A stretch of 64,000 nucleotides of DNA from an uncultured archaeon (GTDB lineage: Archaea > Asgardarchaeota > Thorarchaeia > Thorarchaeales > Thorarchaeaceae): assembly GCA_964458565.1 (NCBI GenBank), contig CAYWJO010000006.1, positions 1-64,000 on the forward strand, written 5' to 3'. The position numbers were made by a program, and so were the translations under genes. Shown one piece after another: positions 62,368 through 64,000 of this stretch (position 1 is the stretch's first letter; every line of letters starts with the position of its first letter). The notes below the pieces were generated by a model. It saw only the letters and a list, made by a program, of their open reading frames with translations. It was not told the DNA's origin and did not search any database.

Positions 62368-63021
62368 TCAGTCAGGTAATATAATGCGGTCTAGTGTCAG
62401 TGTATAATTATATTCTCCACAGCAATAGTCAGCATATTTCCAAAGGCTGATAGAGTCAGGCATTCCGGTTGAATATGATACATACGCAAACCACATTTCA
62501 TCAGCGTTCACGAGTGATGTCCTATGGCCAATCACGAAATATTCGTTTTTAGCCTCTGAGAAATAGGTATTATAGAAGGTTTCATTCTCATATTCATCAA
62601 GATGCGGATAAAAGCCATCTATTACATCCCAAGCTCCAATTGGGAGTAAACATCGGGATATCAGATATTCAATCTGCTGCATCTCAGACGTTAAATTTCC
62701 AGCAAGGTATGACACCTTGAGTGTTTCAATTGTCTTACTAGAAAAGATGGTCCCGTTCTCCAGATCTATAATTGGTAATGATGTAATTGTTACACAAATT
62801 GTCGTTAGATTAAGAGCTGTAAAAGGAATAGGATATGGAACTCCTGCTTCAATTTTATACCCAGTTACAATTAGTGAGTAGTGATATTCTTCGTTCACTT
62901 GAACAAACCATTCGATTGGTAAAACAGGGTCACTCGTGAGTAAAGGGATTATCATCAGACTACTGACAATAATGAGTAGACAGCTAGAGGTAACAACCCC
63001 AATTCGTGTACTCATTTTCAT
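62368..63021 (-). CDS. Hypothetical N-terminally anchored/secreted protein
   Basis: Hydrophobic N-terminus, several NxT sequons, LLPIGAW. Confidence 0.65.
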   Translation of the reverse strand: MKMSTRIGVVTSSCLLIIVSSLMIIPLLTSDPVLPIEWFVQVNEEYHYSLIVTGYKIEAGVPYPIPFTALNLTTICVTITSLPIIDLENGTIFSSKTIETLKVSYLAGNLTSEMQQIEYLISRCLLPIGAWDVIDGFYPHLDEYENETFYNTYFSEAKNEYFVIGHRTSLVNADEMWFAYVSYSTGMPDSISLWKYADYCCGEYNYTLTLDRIILPD

Positions 63022-63151
63022 CTCAGACCACAATAAGGGTATGGTGTTACATCGCCATAAAGCCTCTTGTGTGCTCCAAATCACTTCAGAAAATCGCTAC
63101 ATTCACAAAAGGAATAAGATTCTCCGTTTTAATTATTCATGGTTGATGACT

Positions 63152-63535
63152 ATGAAGAGAGTCTTAGGAATTGGTGGTGTATTCTTCAAAGTTAAGGATC
63201 CAAAGAAGCTTCAAAAATGGTATGAGGACCATCTGGGAATTGAACCGGATTCTGAGGGTTATATCACATTTCAATGGAAAGAGTTGGAGAAGAAGACTGG
63301 AAAGGCGTATACTCTCTTGGGATGATTCCCGCCAGACACCGAATATTTTCAACCAAGCGAAGTCCCATTCATGATAAATTTCCTTGTAAGGGACTTAGAC
63401 GGACTGTTGGAGAACTTACGTGAGAAAGGAGTTCAAATTGAAGATAAGATAGAGGAACATGAAGAGGGCCGCTTTGCATGGTTTATAGATCCCGAGGGTA
63501 ACAAAGTAGAGCTCTGGGAGCCACCTGAAGGGTAG
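63152..63535 (+). pseudogene. VOC/glyoxalase-family gene interrupted by an in-frame TGA (63323-63325)
   Basis: MKRVLGIGGVFFK..DPKKL..WY...YTLLG*FPPDTEYFQPSEVPFMINFLVRDLD...GRFAWFIDPEGNKVELWEP*. Confidence 0.85.
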
Positions 63536-63739
63536 CTCATACAACAACGGTTGCTGAACTACTAGCAATGTAATCAAAGTAAACTGACAAAGTGTATTGA
63601 TTCTTCTTTACACTCTTATCACAACTGAATCCAAAACGTGAGCGAATAGTACTCTTTTGTACATCGCAGCAGAAGAAATGCTCTATAGTATCGTATAAAT
63701 ACAAGGAAAGTTAACTATAGTGATGAAGGAGACAGTCTA

Positions 63740-64000
63740 TTGAAGTATAGAAAAGTTGGCAAAAGTGGATTAAAGATAAGCGAAATATCTCTTGGTTCTT
63801 GGCTTACGTATGGTGGTAGTGTTGATGACACCACTGCGAAAGAGTGTATGAATACAGCAATTGAGAATGGAATCAATTTTATCGACTCTGCGGAGATTTA
63901 TGCGAGAGGAAGAACTGAAGAGGTAATTGGTGAATGGCTCAAAGGCGAATCCATAGATCGAAAGAATCTGGTTCTCTCTAGTAAGGTCTTCTGGCCAACA
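63740..64000 (+). CDS. Aldo/keto reductase, Kv-beta (AKR6)-like; 3'-truncated by window
   Basis: TTG start after AAGGAG; KYRKVGKSGLKISEISLGSWLTYG, GINFIDSAEIYA.G, SSKVFW. Confidence 0.9.
   Translation, partial: MKYRKVGKSGLKISEISLGSWLTYGGSVDDTTAKECMNTAIENGINFIDSAEIYARGRTEEVIGEWLKGESIDRKNLVLSSKVFWPT

Noticed and set aside
210-63374. Numerous 60-150 aa ORFs nested in or antisense to long genes
   Set aside because: Shadow ORFs with no motifs

Overview
Archaeal chromosomal segment. The gene content points to an Asgard archaeon, probably Thorarchaeia-like (inference): a Rab/Ras-type small GTPase, large Ig-repeat surface proteins, a permuted family-5 solute-binding protein, and archaeal-type membrane-tethered HTH and CARF-HTH regulators. 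1-15 kb: a visibly GC-richer surface-protein operon (TSP3-like anchored protein, 1958-aa FG-GAP/NHL multi-propeller protein, membrane-anchored papain-like Cys-His-Asp protein) ending in a truncated AsnC gene, followed by two tandem CBM/Ig surface paralogs. 15-18 kb: two SPPY (m4C-type) DNA methyltransferases with a decayed downstream partner gene. The rest is mixed accessory and housekeeping content: HEAT-repeat protein, ABC-2 exporter with its regulator, purB-purA, ogt, mutY-like, msrB, hotdog, GNAT and AAC(3) enzymes, and an AKR. The most notable candidates are (i) two copies of a translationally coupled module pairing a large extracellular-domain polytopic membrane protein with a membrane-tethered winged-HTH, a possible transmembrane signalling system; (ii) an unannotated 24-aa Pro/Trp-rich ORF with its own palindromic terminator, divergent from a stand-alone CARF-wHTH regulator; (iii) a CxxCH domain on an 11-repeat Ig-like stalk; and (iv) a Rab-like GTPase fused to a coiled coil. 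Several gene remnants not shown in the ORF track were also found. No rRNA, tRNA, CRISPR array or transposase was seen. All family calls come from motif recognition by eye, not database searches.
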